Assembly: GCA_963663865.1 (NCBI GenBank)
Contig: OY760686.1
Location: forward strand, 768,001 to 832,000
DNA from: Spirochaetota bacterium
Lineage (GTDB): Bacteria > Spirochaetota > UBA4802 > UBA5550
Length of the DNA stretch: 64,000 bases
Direction: 5' to 3'
The translations under genes were made by a program, and so were the position numbers. The notes below the pieces were generated by a model that was not told the DNA's origin, did not search any database, and saw nothing but the letters and a program-made list of their open reading frames with translations. This document shows, piece after piece, positions 16,810 to 27,718 of this stretch; the first letter of the stretch is position 1; the number at the start of each line of letters is the position of its first letter.

Positions 16810-17496
16810 ATGAGTGTCAGAAATCTTATGGAGGATGTTGTCGCGGGTGTGGCGGATGCTGTCCTCAGGAATCAGAAGGACCTGCAGAATACTGCCGTCA
16901 ACAGGGACGATATAGTCGCCTTTGTCCTCAACCGCATTCAGCCCCGTTATACGACAAGCGAGAGGGGCGTGCTGCACGGCACGCTGCAGGTGAAGTTTGA
17001 TCCTCAGCAGTATACAGATATTCTGTTCAGCGTCCATGAGGCGATAGCGGTAATCAAGCAGAGAAGGGCGAGCGAACTTGAGGAGAGCGGAGTTGAACGT
17101 TCAGCAGAGGATTTGGCCTATTCAGTATCGCATATCGTGGGCGAGGTCCTTGAAGAGACAACGCTTGCCATGGTCCCTGACGTTGAGGTCACGCTTCTTG
17201 CCGGAGGAGCAAAGGCCCGCATGATCGACAGCGGATGGAAGAACCCCTACACGACAAACAGGGCGACAAAGGGATATTATCACTTCTGGCCTGAGTACTC
17301 GGCGGTCAACATGGCAGGAAAAAAGAAGGCAGAGTTCACCCTCCTTTTCAGGCATCCGCTTTTCGAAGAGGCAAGGGCCGATATTTCAGTGAATATATAC
17401 GGCAGCCGGGACGTAAAAAAATCCCATACGGTTCCAATGGTTCTCATGAGAGCGGAGAAGGGAGTCGACCTTGGATTTTTGTTTTCTGAAAAGTGA
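16810..17496 (+). CDS. ComFB-domain protein with C-terminal extension
   Basis: NLMEDVV...DIVAFVLNRIQPRY matches the ComFB signature; lacks the Zn-binding cysteines. Confidence 0.8.
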   Translation: MSVRNLMEDVVAGVADAVLRNQKDLQNTAVNRDDIVAFVLNRIQPRYTTSERGVLHGTLQVKFDPQQYTDILFSVHEAIAVIKQRRASELEESGVERSAEDLAYSVSHIVGEVLEETTLAMVPDVEVTLLAGGAKARMIDSGWKNPYTTNRATKGYYHFWPEYSAVNMAGKKKAEFTLLFRHPLFEEARADISVNIYGSRDVKKSHTVPMVLMRAEKGVDLGFLFSEK

Positions 17497-17517
17497 GGGG
17501 AGGATGGAGCTCCATTC

Positions 17518-18882
17518 TCAATCCCTTACATTTCCCCTCGCGTACGAAAAGTAGATACCGCACAGGCACAGAGCCGCGGAAACCGAGAATGCGGTTCTGA
17601 CGGCGGACAGCATCGCCGGGATATTGTCCGCCGAGATTTTACTCTGGCCCAGAAACAGGGCAAAGATAAGGGTCGCGAATCCCATACTCATCATCTGACC
17701 AACAAGCCTCATCGTTCCCATTGTTGCCGAAGCAGTGCCCAGATGCCTTCCATGAACCGAGCTCATGATAGCATTCGTATTGGGTGACGCGAACAGTCCG
17801 AAACCTATTCCCTGAACGACAAGGCAGGATGCTATAAACAGAATGGATGTGGATTGGCTGATGAAGGCCATCGGGATAAGCCCCGCGGCCGAAACAGCCA
17901 TCCCGGCTGATGAGAGATATTTCGGCTCTATTCTATCGGACAGCCTGCCTGTCACCGGTGAAATGAAAGACATGATAAGGGGCTGTGATATGAGAATTAT
18001 GCCTGAAAATGACGCTGAATAGCCTTTCACAAACTGAAGATAGAGGCTTAAGAGAAATGTGACCGAAAAGGTAGCGCTGTAGTTTATAAGGGCAGCGAAG
18101 TTTGACATGGCAAAGGCAGTATTATTGCTGAAAAGCTTGATGTCAAGTACCGGATTATCTGATCTTTTCTCAAAGTAGATAAAGACCGCAAGAAGCGCCG
18201 CTCCCGCGAGCGTAAGGAATGCTCCCACCCTTCCCGGAAGCCTTGAAAAACCGTAAATGATGAGAGGCAGCGATACGGCGTAAAGCAATGACCCGGTAAA
18301 GTCAAAGCGCCCCCGTGAATCGCTTTGTGATTCGTGTTTAACTGTGAAGAAGACATGGGCAGCCAGCACGGCGCTTGCGGCTGAAAGAACCAGGAATATT
18401 GATCGCCATCCGAGGTGCTGGGCCAGAAGGCCGCCGGCAAAAGGGCCGGCCGACAGGCCCAGATACACGGCCGCGGCCGTTATTCCCAGTGAACGGCCGC
18501 GTTCCGACTTCGGGAATACGGAGGCAACCATTGCGACCCCGGTGGAAAAAATCATCGCGCTTCCGAGTCCGTGAATTGCCCTTGAAGCCAGCATGACCGC
18601 GGGCGACCAGGCGACAGCCGCAAGCAGTGATGAAACTGAAAAGATCATTATCCCCCAGATGAAAACTTTTCGGCGTCCTATTGAGTCGGCGGCTTTTCCG
18701 AGAGGGACGAGGAAAACCGCCGTCGAGAGCAGGTAAGCTGTTGATACCCATGTCATGGATACCGCTCCGAGATTCAGCGACTGGCCAATCGCGGGAAGGG
18801 CTATATTGACCGACGATCCCATAAATGGAGTCAAAAAGCTCGATATGGATGCTGCTATGAGAATGCTGTTTTTTTCTTTCAT
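17518..18882 (-). CDS. MFS transporter (DHA2/EmrB-like)
   Basis: About 14 TM segments, GKAADSIGRR motif A, VNIALP motif. Confidence 0.92.
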   Translation of the reverse strand: MKEKNSILIAASISSFLTPFMGSSVNIALPAIGQSLNLGAVSMTWVSTAYLLSTAVFLVPLGKAADSIGRRKVFIWGIMIFSVSSLLAAVAWSPAVMLASRAIHGLGSAMIFSTGVAMVASVFPKSERGRSLGITAAAVYLGLSAGPFAGGLLAQHLGWRSIFLVLSAASAVLAAHVFFTVKHESQSDSRGRFDFTGSLLYAVSLPLIIYGFSRLPGRVGAFLTLAGAALLAVFIYFEKRSDNPVLDIKLFSNNTAFAMSNFAALINYSATFSVTFLLSLYLQFVKGYSASFSGIILISQPLIMSFISPVTGRLSDRIEPKYLSSAGMAVSAAGLIPMAFISQSTSILFIASCLVVQGIGFGLFASPNTNAIMSSVHGRHLGTASATMGTMRLVGQMMSMGFATLIFALFLGQSKISADNIPAMLSAVRTAFSVSAALCLCGIYFSYARGNVRD

Positions 18883-18972
18883 GGTTATTTGCCTTTGGCG
18901 TCATTCTCCTGTCCGGAATTCTGCCGGCAAGTTCTTTTCTGGATGCTGACAACCCTGTTCTTTGTGAAGTGC

Positions 18973-19000
18973 TTGACATCGAAATATGTTCTGTTAGGCT
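18973..19000 (+). promoter_or_regulatory. Putative sigma70 promoter
   Basis: TTGACA-16 bp-TAGGCT with TG extension, upstream of ATG 19039. Confidence 0.45.
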
Positions 19001-19038
19001 ATTGAAGCCTCTACCACATTCATAACAGGTGACATCCC

Positions 19039-21567
19039 ATGAATAATACCTCATTAAATAGTCTTTACGACTTTTACAAATCACGGTGCGAGCTTTTCCA
19101 CTCTGAAATCCTGTTTGATAACACAATTACCTATGGAGAAGCATGGAATTTAGCCTCAGCCAGGGCAGCTTACCTGCGCAAGCAGGGAGTAAAGAAAGGC
19201 GATGTGATTGCCCTTCTGGCGGCAAACAATCCTGAATGGTGCATAACCTACATGTCGATTACCATGATGGGGGCTATTGTGCTCCCTCTTGATCCCAATC
19301 TTCCGGCCAAAAGCTACCCCGACATGCTGAAAGCTGTTAAGTGCAAAGCTGCCTTCGTATCTGACGGGTACAAAAAGGTTTTGAAACAGGTAAAGCTGTA
19401 TCCTGTAAGCTTCAGCAAAGCGGTTGATTACAGGCTGCATTTTACTCCACCGAGACTGTCGCGGGACGATGTCGCGTCGTATGTATTTACTTCGGGGACA
19501 ACCGGAAAGTCGAAGATTGTGATGCTGTCTCACGCGAACGTTTTTACTACCGCAATTGGTATGGCCGAGTACGAAAACTTTAAGCCCGGGGATATCAACC
19601 TGTGTATTCTGCCCCTTTTTCACGTGTATGCTCTTTGTGCCAACTTTACCGGTCCCTTTGCCTGCGGAGGCGCATTCGTCTTTCAGCCTTCGCTCAAGGG
19701 GCCTGATATAATAAAAAGCCTTGCCGACAATCCGATAACCGTTTTCCCGGCAGCACCGGCTCTCTGGGAGCTATTCATGGACAGCATTGTTCAGAAGGTA
19801 AAGGCTGAGTCTTCTCTCAAGTTCGCGGTTTTCAGCTTTTTCCTGAATAACGCCCATGTGCTGAGGTCCATAGGGCTCGGGTTTATTGTTAACAAGATAT
19901 TCCATCCGATTCATGCCATGTTCGGTCTGTCGCACCGCTTCTTTATAAGCGGAGGGGCGCCGCTTAAGTCTAAGTATGTCAAATATTACAGGAATATGGG
20001 CTTCACCCTTGTTGAGGGATACGGCCTGACAGAAACAACCGGGCCGATAGCGATCCCGCATTATCGCGCGAATGTACCCGGCTCTGTCGGCCGGCCGGCT
20101 GTAAATAACTACGTTAAACTTAAAAATCCGAACGAGGAAGGCATCGGGGAGATATGGCTTAAGGGTGACAGCGTAATGTTGGGTTATTACAAGAATCCTA
20201 AAGCCAACAGGGAGGCCTTCGATGAGGAACGCTATTTTAACACAGGCGACCTTGGCCGGCTTGACAGGGATGGGAATATCTTCATTACCGGAAGGGTTAA
20301 AAACGTTATTGTTCTGTCGTCCGGGAAAAACGTCTATCCTGAGGAACTTGAGTCTTACTATAAACAGTCAGACAAGATAGCGGAAATAGCCGTTTTCGGC
20401 ATTGAGGACAGGGGGGGCGAGGTTCCGTATGCCGTTGTTGTTCCAAGGCGAAAGGATCCAAATGCTTTCAATACAATCAAAGAGGAGTTCCGAAAACTCA
20501 ATCAGGGGCTTCCTGACTATAAAATGGTCAACAGCTTCGCGATTTCACTTGATACTCTGCCGGTGAATACAACAAGAAAGCTTCTATACAATGAGATAAA
20601 GAAAAACCTTGAGGCCGGAGCGTACCAGGCTGATGAGTCTGAGAATGCCGTTCCCCGCGCGGTGCTTGCAGCGAAGTCTCCCGTCGAGGAAGCAGTAATC
20701 AACACACTTCGCAAGAGGCTTAAGGCAGGTGAGCTTTACGCGGCTCAGACTTTCAGAGACTTTAAAATTGACTCTCTCGGGCTTGTTGACCTGAGCGTTT
20801 ATCTTGAAGAGGCCCTTTCTGTCAGCATCGACCTGGGCAGGCTAAAGTCCGCGGAAACGCTTCAGGATGTCGTAAACTATATCGCGGGGCTTGGGAAAAC
20901 GGGCGGCAAGTCAATGGACAGCTACATATTCAACAGCCCGATTAAGGTAAAGTTCAAAAGATATTTCAATCCGATGCATCATGTAATGATAGGACTGCTG
21001 AAGTTTATATCCACGCGTCTCTGGAAGGTGAAGGTTGAAAATTCTGAGGCTCTAAAATGCGAAAATTGTATAATAATAGCAAACCATGAGTCCTATCTCG
21101 ATATGGTATGGCTTTCCTTCGCTTTCCCAAGGTCTTCCAGACGCAATATCTTTATAACGGGCAAGAAAAAGATGAAGCTTCTTAACTTCCTTCTGCCGAC
21201 TCTTCCTGTCATCTGGATAGACGAGGACAATACCATGGATGTTCTGAAGTTTAGCGCCGATGTGCTGCGTTCCGGAAAAAGCCTTCTGATTTTTCCGGAG
21301 GGCACGCGGACTCCTGACGGCGACATCCAGCCCTTTAAAACAGGGGCTGCTTATCTGGCAAAGAATCTCGGCGTTACAGTTATTCCGGTTACGGTAAACG
21401 GAGCCTACGAGATATGGCCGAGAGACAAAAAGCTTCCGAGATTTCATGGAGGCCTTACGGGCTCTCTGACAGTCGGCGAGCCGATTGATCCTTCCAGGTA
21501 CAGGAGCGTTGACGCCCTGAACAGGGCCATGCAGAAGGCTGTTTCCCGCGGTTTGGACAGAAAATAG
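19039..21567 (+). CDS. Long-chain acyl-CoA synthetase fused to ACP and PlsC-type acyltransferase (Aas-like)
   Basis: FTSGTTG, GYGLTE and TGDLG AMP-binding motifs; IDSL ACP motif; NHESYLD and FPEGTR acyltransferase motifs. Confidence 0.92.
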   Translation: MNNTSLNSLYDFYKSRCELFHSEILFDNTITYGEAWNLASARAAYLRKQGVKKGDVIALLAANNPEWCITYMSITMMGAIVLPLDPNLPAKSYPDMLKAVKCKAAFVSDGYKKVLKQVKLYPVSFSKAVDYRLHFTPPRLSRDDVASYVFTSGTTGKSKIVMLSHANVFTTAIGMAEYENFKPGDINLCILPLFHVYALCANFTGPFACGGAFVFQPSLKGPDIIKSLADNPITVFPAAPALWELFMDSIVQKVKAESSLKFAVFSFFLNNAHVLRSIGLGFIVNKIFHPIHAMFGLSHRFFISGGAPLKSKYVKYYRNMGFTLVEGYGLTETTGPIAIPHYRANVPGSVGRPAVNNYVKLKNPNEEGIGEIWLKGDSVMLGYYKNPKANREAFDEERYFNTGDLGRLDRDGNIFITGRVKNVIVLSSGKNVYPEELESYYKQSDKIAEIAVFGIEDRGGEVPYAVVVPRRKDPNAFNTIKEEFRKLNQGLPDYKMVNSFAISLDTLPVNTTRKLLYNEIKKNLEAGAYQADESENAVPRAVLAAKSPVEEAVINTLRKRLKAGELYAAQTFRDFKIDSLGLVDLSVYLEEALSVSIDLGRLKSAETLQDVVNYIAGLGKTGGKSMDSYIFNSPIKVKFKRYFNPMHHVMIGLLKFISTRLWKVKVENSEALKCENCIIIANHESYLDMVWLSFAFPRSSRRNIFITGKKKMKLLNFLLPTLPVIWIDEDNTMDVLKFSADVLRSGKSLLIFPEGTRTPDGDIQPFKTGAAYLAKNLGVTVIPVTVNGAYEIWPRDKKLPRFHGGLTGSLTVGEPIDPSRYRSVDALNRAMQKAVSRGLDRK

Positions 21568-21577
21568 AGAATAACGA

Positions 21578-21610
21578 GGCGCTTTCGGCTGAGCTGAAAG
21601 CGCTTTTTTT
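21578..21610 (+). terminator. Rho-independent terminator
   Basis: GGCGCTTTCGGC-TGA-GCTGAAAGCGC followed by a T-run. Confidence 0.8.
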
Positions 21611-21829
21611 ATCTCCGCGAGTCTGTCTTTCGGCTTAATGCCGCATCCCTTACATGTCTGCTTGTGCAGTATCCTTCCTCCAGCTATGTAAAAAAATAAA
21701 AAAATGTTGACATGTAAGCATAAAGTTAGTTATTGCTAATTATGATGTAGGCGCATAACATCATTCGAGCTTTATAATATATATTTTTATCAGGATGCCT
21801 GATATATAATGAATGAAAGAGGTTATTAA

Positions 21830-22576
21830 ATGTACAAAAATAAAAAAAACGCGGGCAAGTGTTTTTTGTGCACTTTCGTCTTTGCTTTATTGTCTTTGAC
21901 CGGCTGTTTTTCTGACAATGATGAAAGTGGAGACAGTTCAGCTCCCGATGTTGTTCAAGCGGAGCTGCCTTTTATTGTATGCGCAAACCGAAATCCGGGC
22001 GGGGTGGGTGTCGATTTAGACAGCGGTGAAGCTTATAATATCGATGATAATCCTGATTTTGACTGGGATTTCCGGATTAAAGCTTTCAAGGGAGTTCAGG
22101 GGACTGACGGTGAGCCTGCTCTTGCGGGGGCGCCTTTCATTAAGCTGAAGGGGACAGCGGTAATGGCTGCTGTATGGCAGGGAGCCGGCGAAGCAGAGTA
22201 TAGCTCCATTTTACTTGCCGATGTGACAGGGCTCGAGCTCTCGCCCGACGGTTATGAGGAGATTGATCTTTCTGCTGTTGACGTCGTTCAGGAGGGAGAG
22301 TTTACGCAGGCTCAGCTTGAGAGCGGAAACTGCGCGGTTGGGAATTACTACTATGCCTGGTCAGGAAAAAACGGCCTGAAACAGGAGTACGCGAAATGCG
22401 CTGTTGGCGAAAGCTGGAAGTCAACCTCGTCTAACACCGATCATACCGATGATATCATCTATATTATTAAAAGTGACAGTGGTTCGTTTTTTAAGGTCAA
22501 GGTGCCTAACTTCGGCCCTAAAAGCGATCTCGGAGAGAGCGGCTATTGCGAACTGGTCTGGGAAAAACTACAATAG
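21830..22576 (+). CDS. Lipoprotein, HmuY-like, preceding a TonB-dependent receptor
   Basis: Lipobox LTGC; WDF and C-terminal IYIIKSDSGSFFKVK resemble HmuY-family motifs; gene context. Confidence 0.55.
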   Translation: MYKNKKNAGKCFLCTFVFALLSLTGCFSDNDESGDSSAPDVVQAELPFIVCANRNPGGVGVDLDSGEAYNIDDNPDFDWDFRIKAFKGVQGTDGEPALAGAPFIKLKGTAVMAAVWQGAGEAEYSSILLADVTGLELSPDGYEEIDLSAVDVVQEGEFTQAQLESGNCAVGNYYYAWSGKNGLKQEYAKCAVGESWKSTSSNTDHTDDIIYIIKSDSGSFFKVKVPNFGPKSDLGESGYCELVWEKLQ

Positions 22577-22776
22577 AATAAGCTGCGGTTGAAGAGTAGG
22601 CGCTTCATTGGCCGCCTGATCTTCAACCGAGGTCAGCCTCGTTGGATTGGGTTGTGCTGAAAAGCTCGGATGCAAATATGATAAACGCTTCGGAGCGGGT
22701 ACTTTCATGAACAGACTTATTGTGATTACCTTCATATATCCGCGGGGCGAATTGGATAACAAAACAGGAATTAGTA

Positions 22777-24939
22777 ATGAGATTAACAAAAGCTGTATAT
22801 CTTTTGGTCTTTGCAGTTTTCGGCTATCGGGGTTACGCTGCTGAGCTGGGAAAAACAAATGAGCCTCAGAAGGTAGACTTTGTTGTTAAGCAATCAGAAA
22901 TCAAGACTGATGCCAGCAAAGGGCTCGAAAAAGATAAAGCTGAGACAATTATAATCAGCGCCGATAGAATTGGGAAAAGCAGCGGTGATATGTCGCTTTC
23001 TTCAGCGGTCGTAAGCTCTGAAGACATTGATGAGAAAATGTATACGAGCATGTCTGATCTTCTTGAGAGCACTCCAGGCTTTTCAAGGGTTTATGATTAT
23101 CACTCTCCTTTTATTTTACGGGGCTCAAGCGGAACAAAAATGCTTATTTTGCGAACCAACAATCCTGTGTTCAGCTCATTTCCGGGTGGATTTATGGGGC
23201 AGAGTGTAAATATTTATGAGCTTGAGCGTGTTGAGGTCATAAGGGGGCCCGGTTCTGTTATCTATGGGTCCGGAGCGACCTGCGGTATTATCAATATTAT
23301 TGATAGGGATGTCTTTAAGTCCAAGGAGTACGGATTTGAGGGGGGAGCTTCGTATGGCAGCAACGGCAGTTCGCGAATGATAACCGGAAGCGGTTACGTT
23401 AACAACGGAAGCTTTGCCATGAGAGCCACTGGACGATACCGCAAATCGGATAACTATGAATACGGTGGTGGTGAAGAGGCACTAAACAGCTTTCATGAGG
23501 ACAGGGATATGTCGCTAAACGCCGGATACAGGTTTAATGATAATCATAAAATTTACCTCAGAGGGGCTGCTCACTACGGGGGGCCCTGGGGCAAGGCGTA
23601 TGGTTTTAACAATAAGGAACAGATGATGGCAAGGAATGAGGACGATGCCCTCGTGGACTTTTCAGGAAGGTATGAGGGAGATGAAGTCGGTTTTTTTGAT
23701 AAAATACTCATGTCCGGGTATTACAGCAGGGAGACCCGCGAGTATCACAATATGAAGATGAATTCCACGCTGTCTAAAATCAACTTTGAGGATGTTACTG
23801 ATTATAAAAACATATACTATGGTGGGAGTGTTCTTGGCGCTGTTTCAGCCGGAGCGAACTACATCAGCTTCGGTGTGGACAGCTACTCAGTCCGACTATG
23901 GAACCCGGTTAAAACAATCGATCACTACAATTATACCGAACCTCAGGTAATCTATGAGGAGGAAGGGGCTCAGGGTGCCGGAACGTCATCGGCGGGGGCT
24001 TTTGCCCAGAATGTCATATCAATAACTGAAAGTCTTTCCTTTTCGGGGGGTATCAGGGGCGACTATTCTGTTATCTCGGAGGGCGATAACTATACCGGCG
24101 ACAGCGAACTCAGTGAATCAAGAAATGCTCTCAGCGCCAATGCCGGATTCGTCTTTAGGGCGGCCGACAATCATAGCCTGACGTTGAATCTGGGAAGAGC
24201 CTTTCGTATGCCTGACGCTGTGGACATGTTTAGTGAACAGGTAACCTGTCAGGGCACGATTTCACCCAATCCGGATCTTAAGCCTGAATACAGCTGGAAC
24301 ATAGATGCCGGTTATAACGGTAAGATTGGAGGACTCTCATGGGAGTTGTCTCTTTTCTCTAACCAGTACACTGACCTGATCGTAAAGACAGAGGATCCGG
24401 ATAATCCCGATGGGCAGGTTATGGGTAACGAGGATATCGCCAGAATTATGGGGGGCGAGTTTGTGCTTGGATACATCAGAAACGATGTGATTGCAAAAGG
24501 CCTTAGCGTAAAACCCGGAATGTCCGCGTCGTACTGCGTTGGCGGCTCGTTCGGCAGTACCGGCGGGCAATGGGATTTTACACGGCTGGGGGACCCGCTT
24601 GAGGGGGTTCCGCCCGCAAGAATTAAACCCTATATCCGGTTCATGTATCAGGGAATAGAGGACTGCGGATATTTCCTTGAGTTGGAATTTGATTATTCAC
24701 TGAAAAAGACAAGGCTTTCAGAGGAAAAGAGTGAAGCTTCGTGGAGCAATGAGGATGTTTCTGCTTATTCCCTGTTCAATATAACAGCGGGAATGAGTTT
24801 ATGCGAATATGCCGGACTTGAGGAGATCAAGCTCAACATCGCGGTTTCGAACCTGTTTGACTCCACATATTACAGCTTTGGTTCGCACGTACCCGGCAAG
24901 GGCCGTGACGTGAAGGTATTTACGAGTTTTTCGTTCTGA
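22777..24939 (+). CDS. TonB-dependent receptor
   Basis: Plug motif ERVEVIRGPGSVIYGSGA..GIINII, RAFRMP, NPDLKPE, NLFD, terminal Phe. Confidence 0.93.
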   Translation: MRLTKAVYLLVFAVFGYRGYAAELGKTNEPQKVDFVVKQSEIKTDASKGLEKDKAETIIISADRIGKSSGDMSLSSAVVSSEDIDEKMYTSMSDLLESTPGFSRVYDYHSPFILRGSSGTKMLILRTNNPVFSSFPGGFMGQSVNIYELERVEVIRGPGSVIYGSGATCGIINIIDRDVFKSKEYGFEGGASYGSNGSSRMITGSGYVNNGSFAMRATGRYRKSDNYEYGGGEEALNSFHEDRDMSLNAGYRFNDNHKIYLRGAAHYGGPWGKAYGFNNKEQMMARNEDDALVDFSGRYEGDEVGFFDKILMSGYYSRETREYHNMKMNSTLSKINFEDVTDYKNIYYGGSVLGAVSAGANYISFGVDSYSVRLWNPVKTIDHYNYTEPQVIYEEEGAQGAGTSSAGAFAQNVISITESLSFSGGIRGDYSVISEGDNYTGDSELSESRNALSANAGFVFRAADNHSLTLNLGRAFRMPDAVDMFSEQVTCQGTISPNPDLKPEYSWNIDAGYNGKIGGLSWELSLFSNQYTDLIVKTEDPDNPDGQVMGNEDIARIMGGEFVLGYIRNDVIAKGLSVKPGMSASYCVGGSFGSTGGQWDFTRLGDPLEGVPPARIKPYIRFMYQGIEDCGYFLELEFDYSLKKTRLSEEKSEASWSNEDVSAYSLFNITAGMSLCEYAGLEEIKLNIAVSNLFDSTYYSFGSHVPGKGRDVKVFTSFSF

Positions 24940-25146
24940 ACAGCTTTATATGCCCGGCGTCGTTTTTTCGGTCTGTGGATGAACTCCTGTTGAGTAACAC
25001 GGTTTTATATTTTGTAGAGTATTTATATCCAGTTAGTCATAGCGATAATACTGTAATTGACAGCAGAGCTTTCACCAAAATGAGGCCTAAAAGCCTGGCG
25101 TAATATTGGATTTAGAATAATATGAATAATAAAAGGAGATAGTAAG

Positions 25147-25860
25147 ATGCAAAAAAGAATGATTGCCATCGCGGCATTAGTCTTGTTGGTTATTCCCGGA
25201 TGCGGTGAGAAGAAAAGCACTGAAACGGTGCTGGCAGGAATCAAGGGGGGGCTGCTGGATGCAAAACAGATCAGCGGGGCGACTGAAATCAGGTCAAATA
25301 TCCTCAAGGTTATTAAAACCAGAGGGGGCAGTGTAGAAGAGCTTGATTTTGCCGGAGCCGTTGTTGAGCAGGCAGGGACACCGGGTGAGAAGGTTTGCCT
25401 CTGTCAGGCGATTGGTTTCAGGGTAGCGCAGCTTGCGGCGCAGGCATGGGATGACGGTATATTCAGAAGCTATGAGATTGAAAAAATACGTACCGGGTGG
25501 AATTCAGACGGGCCTTATGAAATGTTTTCGGACAGGGAATTTCACGGTGAAAAAGGAAACCTGCTTATTCCCGGAGAAAAGATACAGATTTCAGACAGAA
25601 ATGGCGGGAAGCCCACTCCCGGAAAATCACTCGGGGTGAATGACCTCTGGTATGAGATAACCTTTTCGGGAGGATTGAAAATGTTCTTCAACGCGGTTGA
25701 TGGGGATAAGGCGATTTTTACACCCGATTACATGGAACTCCGAAGCGAATACCAGAATGGCAATCTTGATATCGCAGGCAGGCTGAAGGCTGAAAGAAAG
25801 GTAGTAGAATCAAATGTATCTGCGCTGCCATTTTCGGGAATTGCGGTTAAAGTTAAATAG
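25147..25860 (+). CDS. Lipoprotein with an FmdE-like metal-binding motif
   Basis: Lipobox IPGC; CLCQAIGFRVAQLA resembles the FmdE CxxxxxGxR motif. Confidence 0.55.
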   Translation: MQKRMIAIAALVLLVIPGCGEKKSTETVLAGIKGGLLDAKQISGATEIRSNILKVIKTRGGSVEELDFAGAVVEQAGTPGEKVCLCQAIGFRVAQLAAQAWDDGIFRSYEIEKIRTGWNSDGPYEMFSDREFHGEKGNLLIPGEKIQISDRNGGKPTPGKSLGVNDLWYEITFSGGLKMFFNAVDGDKAIFTPDYMELRSEYQNGNLDIAGRLKAERKVVESNVSALPFSGIAVKVK

Positions 25861-26051
25861 AGTTCAGAACAATCAGTATATAGCTTCAGTGGGGGCCCCG
25901 GTTGCCCCCACAATTAAGGGTGCAAAATGATTGTGTATATGAAAAAGATTAAGCCTCCGATTTCTGTGTTTTTTCAGCCTCTTTCAGGGCTCTGTGTGCA
26001 GCCCTTTTCATTTGGGCTTCCGTTGACAAGAAGTACTTTCATTTGAGCACC

Positions 26052-26462
26052 TCAGAACTTTCCTTCAAAGTAATCTTCAAGAATCTTCCTGTGATCAAAA
26101 GCCATCTCTGCTGGAATGCTGTCTTCTTTTATTAGCAGTATGTCCTTAGCGTCGTCGGCGGCCACTGGAGTCCCGGTCGCGTCAGCGATGAAAACTGTGC
26201 TTATGGTATGCTGTCTCGGGTCGCGTGACGGTTCGGAATAGGTGTGCATCTGCCGCACAAGAGTCACGTTTAACGATGTCTCTTCCATGGCTTCCCTGAC
26301 TGCGGCGGTTTCAAGCGACTCCCCGTAGTCCACAAAGCCTCCCGGAAGCGCCCACCCCGGCGGAGGATTTTTTCTTGAGATCAGGACTACATGTTCATTA
26401 TTACCTTCATCGACGAGCCTGATTATTATATCAACGGTTGGTACCGGATTTTTGTATTTCAT
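26052..26462 (-). CDS. NUDIX hydrolase
   Basis: Nudix box [24 protein letters not shown]; RDPR and AFDH motifs. Confidence 0.95.
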   Translation of the reverse strand: MKYKNPVPTVDIIIRLVDEGNNEHVVLISRKNPPPGWALPGGFVDYGESLETAAVREAMEETSLNVTLVRQMHTYSEPSRDPRQHTISTVFIADATGTPVAADDAKDILLIKEDSIPAEMAFDHRKILEDYFEGKF

Positions 26463-27622
26463 TTCCTGTTTTCCTCAAGGTATTTAATGAGTACTATCTG
26501 GTTTCCCTTATCATTAAATGAGACGTGGTCAAATGTATTTTTTATTATCTGAAGCCCCATTCCGTGATAATTCCTCGCGGCGTATTCACCGAAAGCTCCG
26601 GGAGGCGAGTCCATGAAATATTTCCAGTCGAACCCCTCACCTTCATCAGTAATTGTATATGTGACTTTGTCATCCTTAAGTGAATAATAGACCAGCACCT
26701 TTTTTGATTCGGCATTTTCAGCATGTGAGTGATTAAGGGCGTTTTCCCAGTAGTTTCCTTCTTTTTTCTTCAGCTCGGCTTTCTTCTCAAAGTCAATCCC
26801 CAGATTGCCGTGTTCAACAGCGTTCGTAATAGCCTCCTGGAGAGCGCTTCTGATTTGAAGCACCCTGTTGGTTGGCAGTTTGCCGATGAGATTCCTCGTC
26901 AGCCTGCTGCTGAGAAGCGTTATCCCCGGAAAAACCGAATCGACAATATAGGTAGCGTCTTCGCGGTTCAGCCATTCTCTGGATATAAAGTCGTCGTCGA
27001 GGATTTTGGCCGTCAGAAGAATATGCGAAGTTGTTCCGTTTTTCAGCCGCGGGATGAGGGATGCGTGAATATTCAGCTTTTCTCCAGATACGAGGTCTGT
27101 CTTCAGCTGGCAGATAAATTCGGTTCGCTTGCCTTCAAAAGACTCTCTGAGTTTATCAAGAATAAGGCCGTCAACATCGCCCTCCTCAGCAATAGTCTTA
27201 ATAAAATCTCTTACAGGTTTTCCGACAAAGCTGTTGATGTCGGCGAAAAGGATGGGAGAAAGCGAGCTGTTTCCCCTTAGAATTGCACCGTAGCTGTCGA
27301 GCAGCAGAAACAGCTTGCCGGAGGCTTTTTCAAGGAATTCAGTGTATTCTATTTCCTGTTTCATCGCGGACTTGAGACGTTTGAGCCGCAAATGCAGAAA
27401 GAGAGGGATGTTAATTATTATAAGAGCGCAAAGAGGCAGCACGGTCAGCCCGGGCCAGGAAGCAGTAAAGCCGCCCTGTCTGAGACAGCAGAGAAACAGA
27501 GATGTGTAGAAAACTATAGACACCGCGGTGAAAATAAGCAGTATCTTCTGGCAGTGTTCCAGATTGTCTGTGATTTTGATTGTAAGTTTCTTCAGCTCTG
27601 CTGTCATGTTTGCTCTTTCCAT
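26459..27622 (-). CDS. Membrane-anchored PAS-like + RsbW-type HATPase (anti-sigma Ser/Thr kinase-like)
   Basis: Two TM segments; [29 protein letters not shown]. Confidence 0.8.
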   Translation of the reverse strand: MERANMTAELKKLTIKITDNLEHCQKILLIFTAVSIVFYTSLFLCCLRQGGFTASWPGLTVLPLCALIIINIPLFLHLRLKRLKSAMKQEIEYTEFLEKASGKLFLLLDSYGAILRGNSSLSPILFADINSFVGKPVRDFIKTIAEEGDVDGLILDKLRESFEGKRTEFICQLKTDLVSGEKLNIHASLIPRLKNGTTSHILLTAKILDDDFISREWLNREDATYIVDSVFPGITLLSSRLTRNLIGKLPTNRVLQIRSALQEAITNAVEHGNLGIDFEKKAELKKKEGNYWENALNHSHAENAESKKVLVYYSLKDDKVTYTITDEGEGFDWKYFMDSPPGAFGEYAARNYHGMGLQIIKNTFDHVSFNDKGNQIVLIKYLEENRK

Positions 27623-27718
27623 GAATGCCGCCTGGGCGGATTATTTCGTTATTATGCGGCACTCGTCTTTAAAAAGCAACTAAAAAAATTTAAATATACA
27701 TATGATGCCGGGGGGAAG

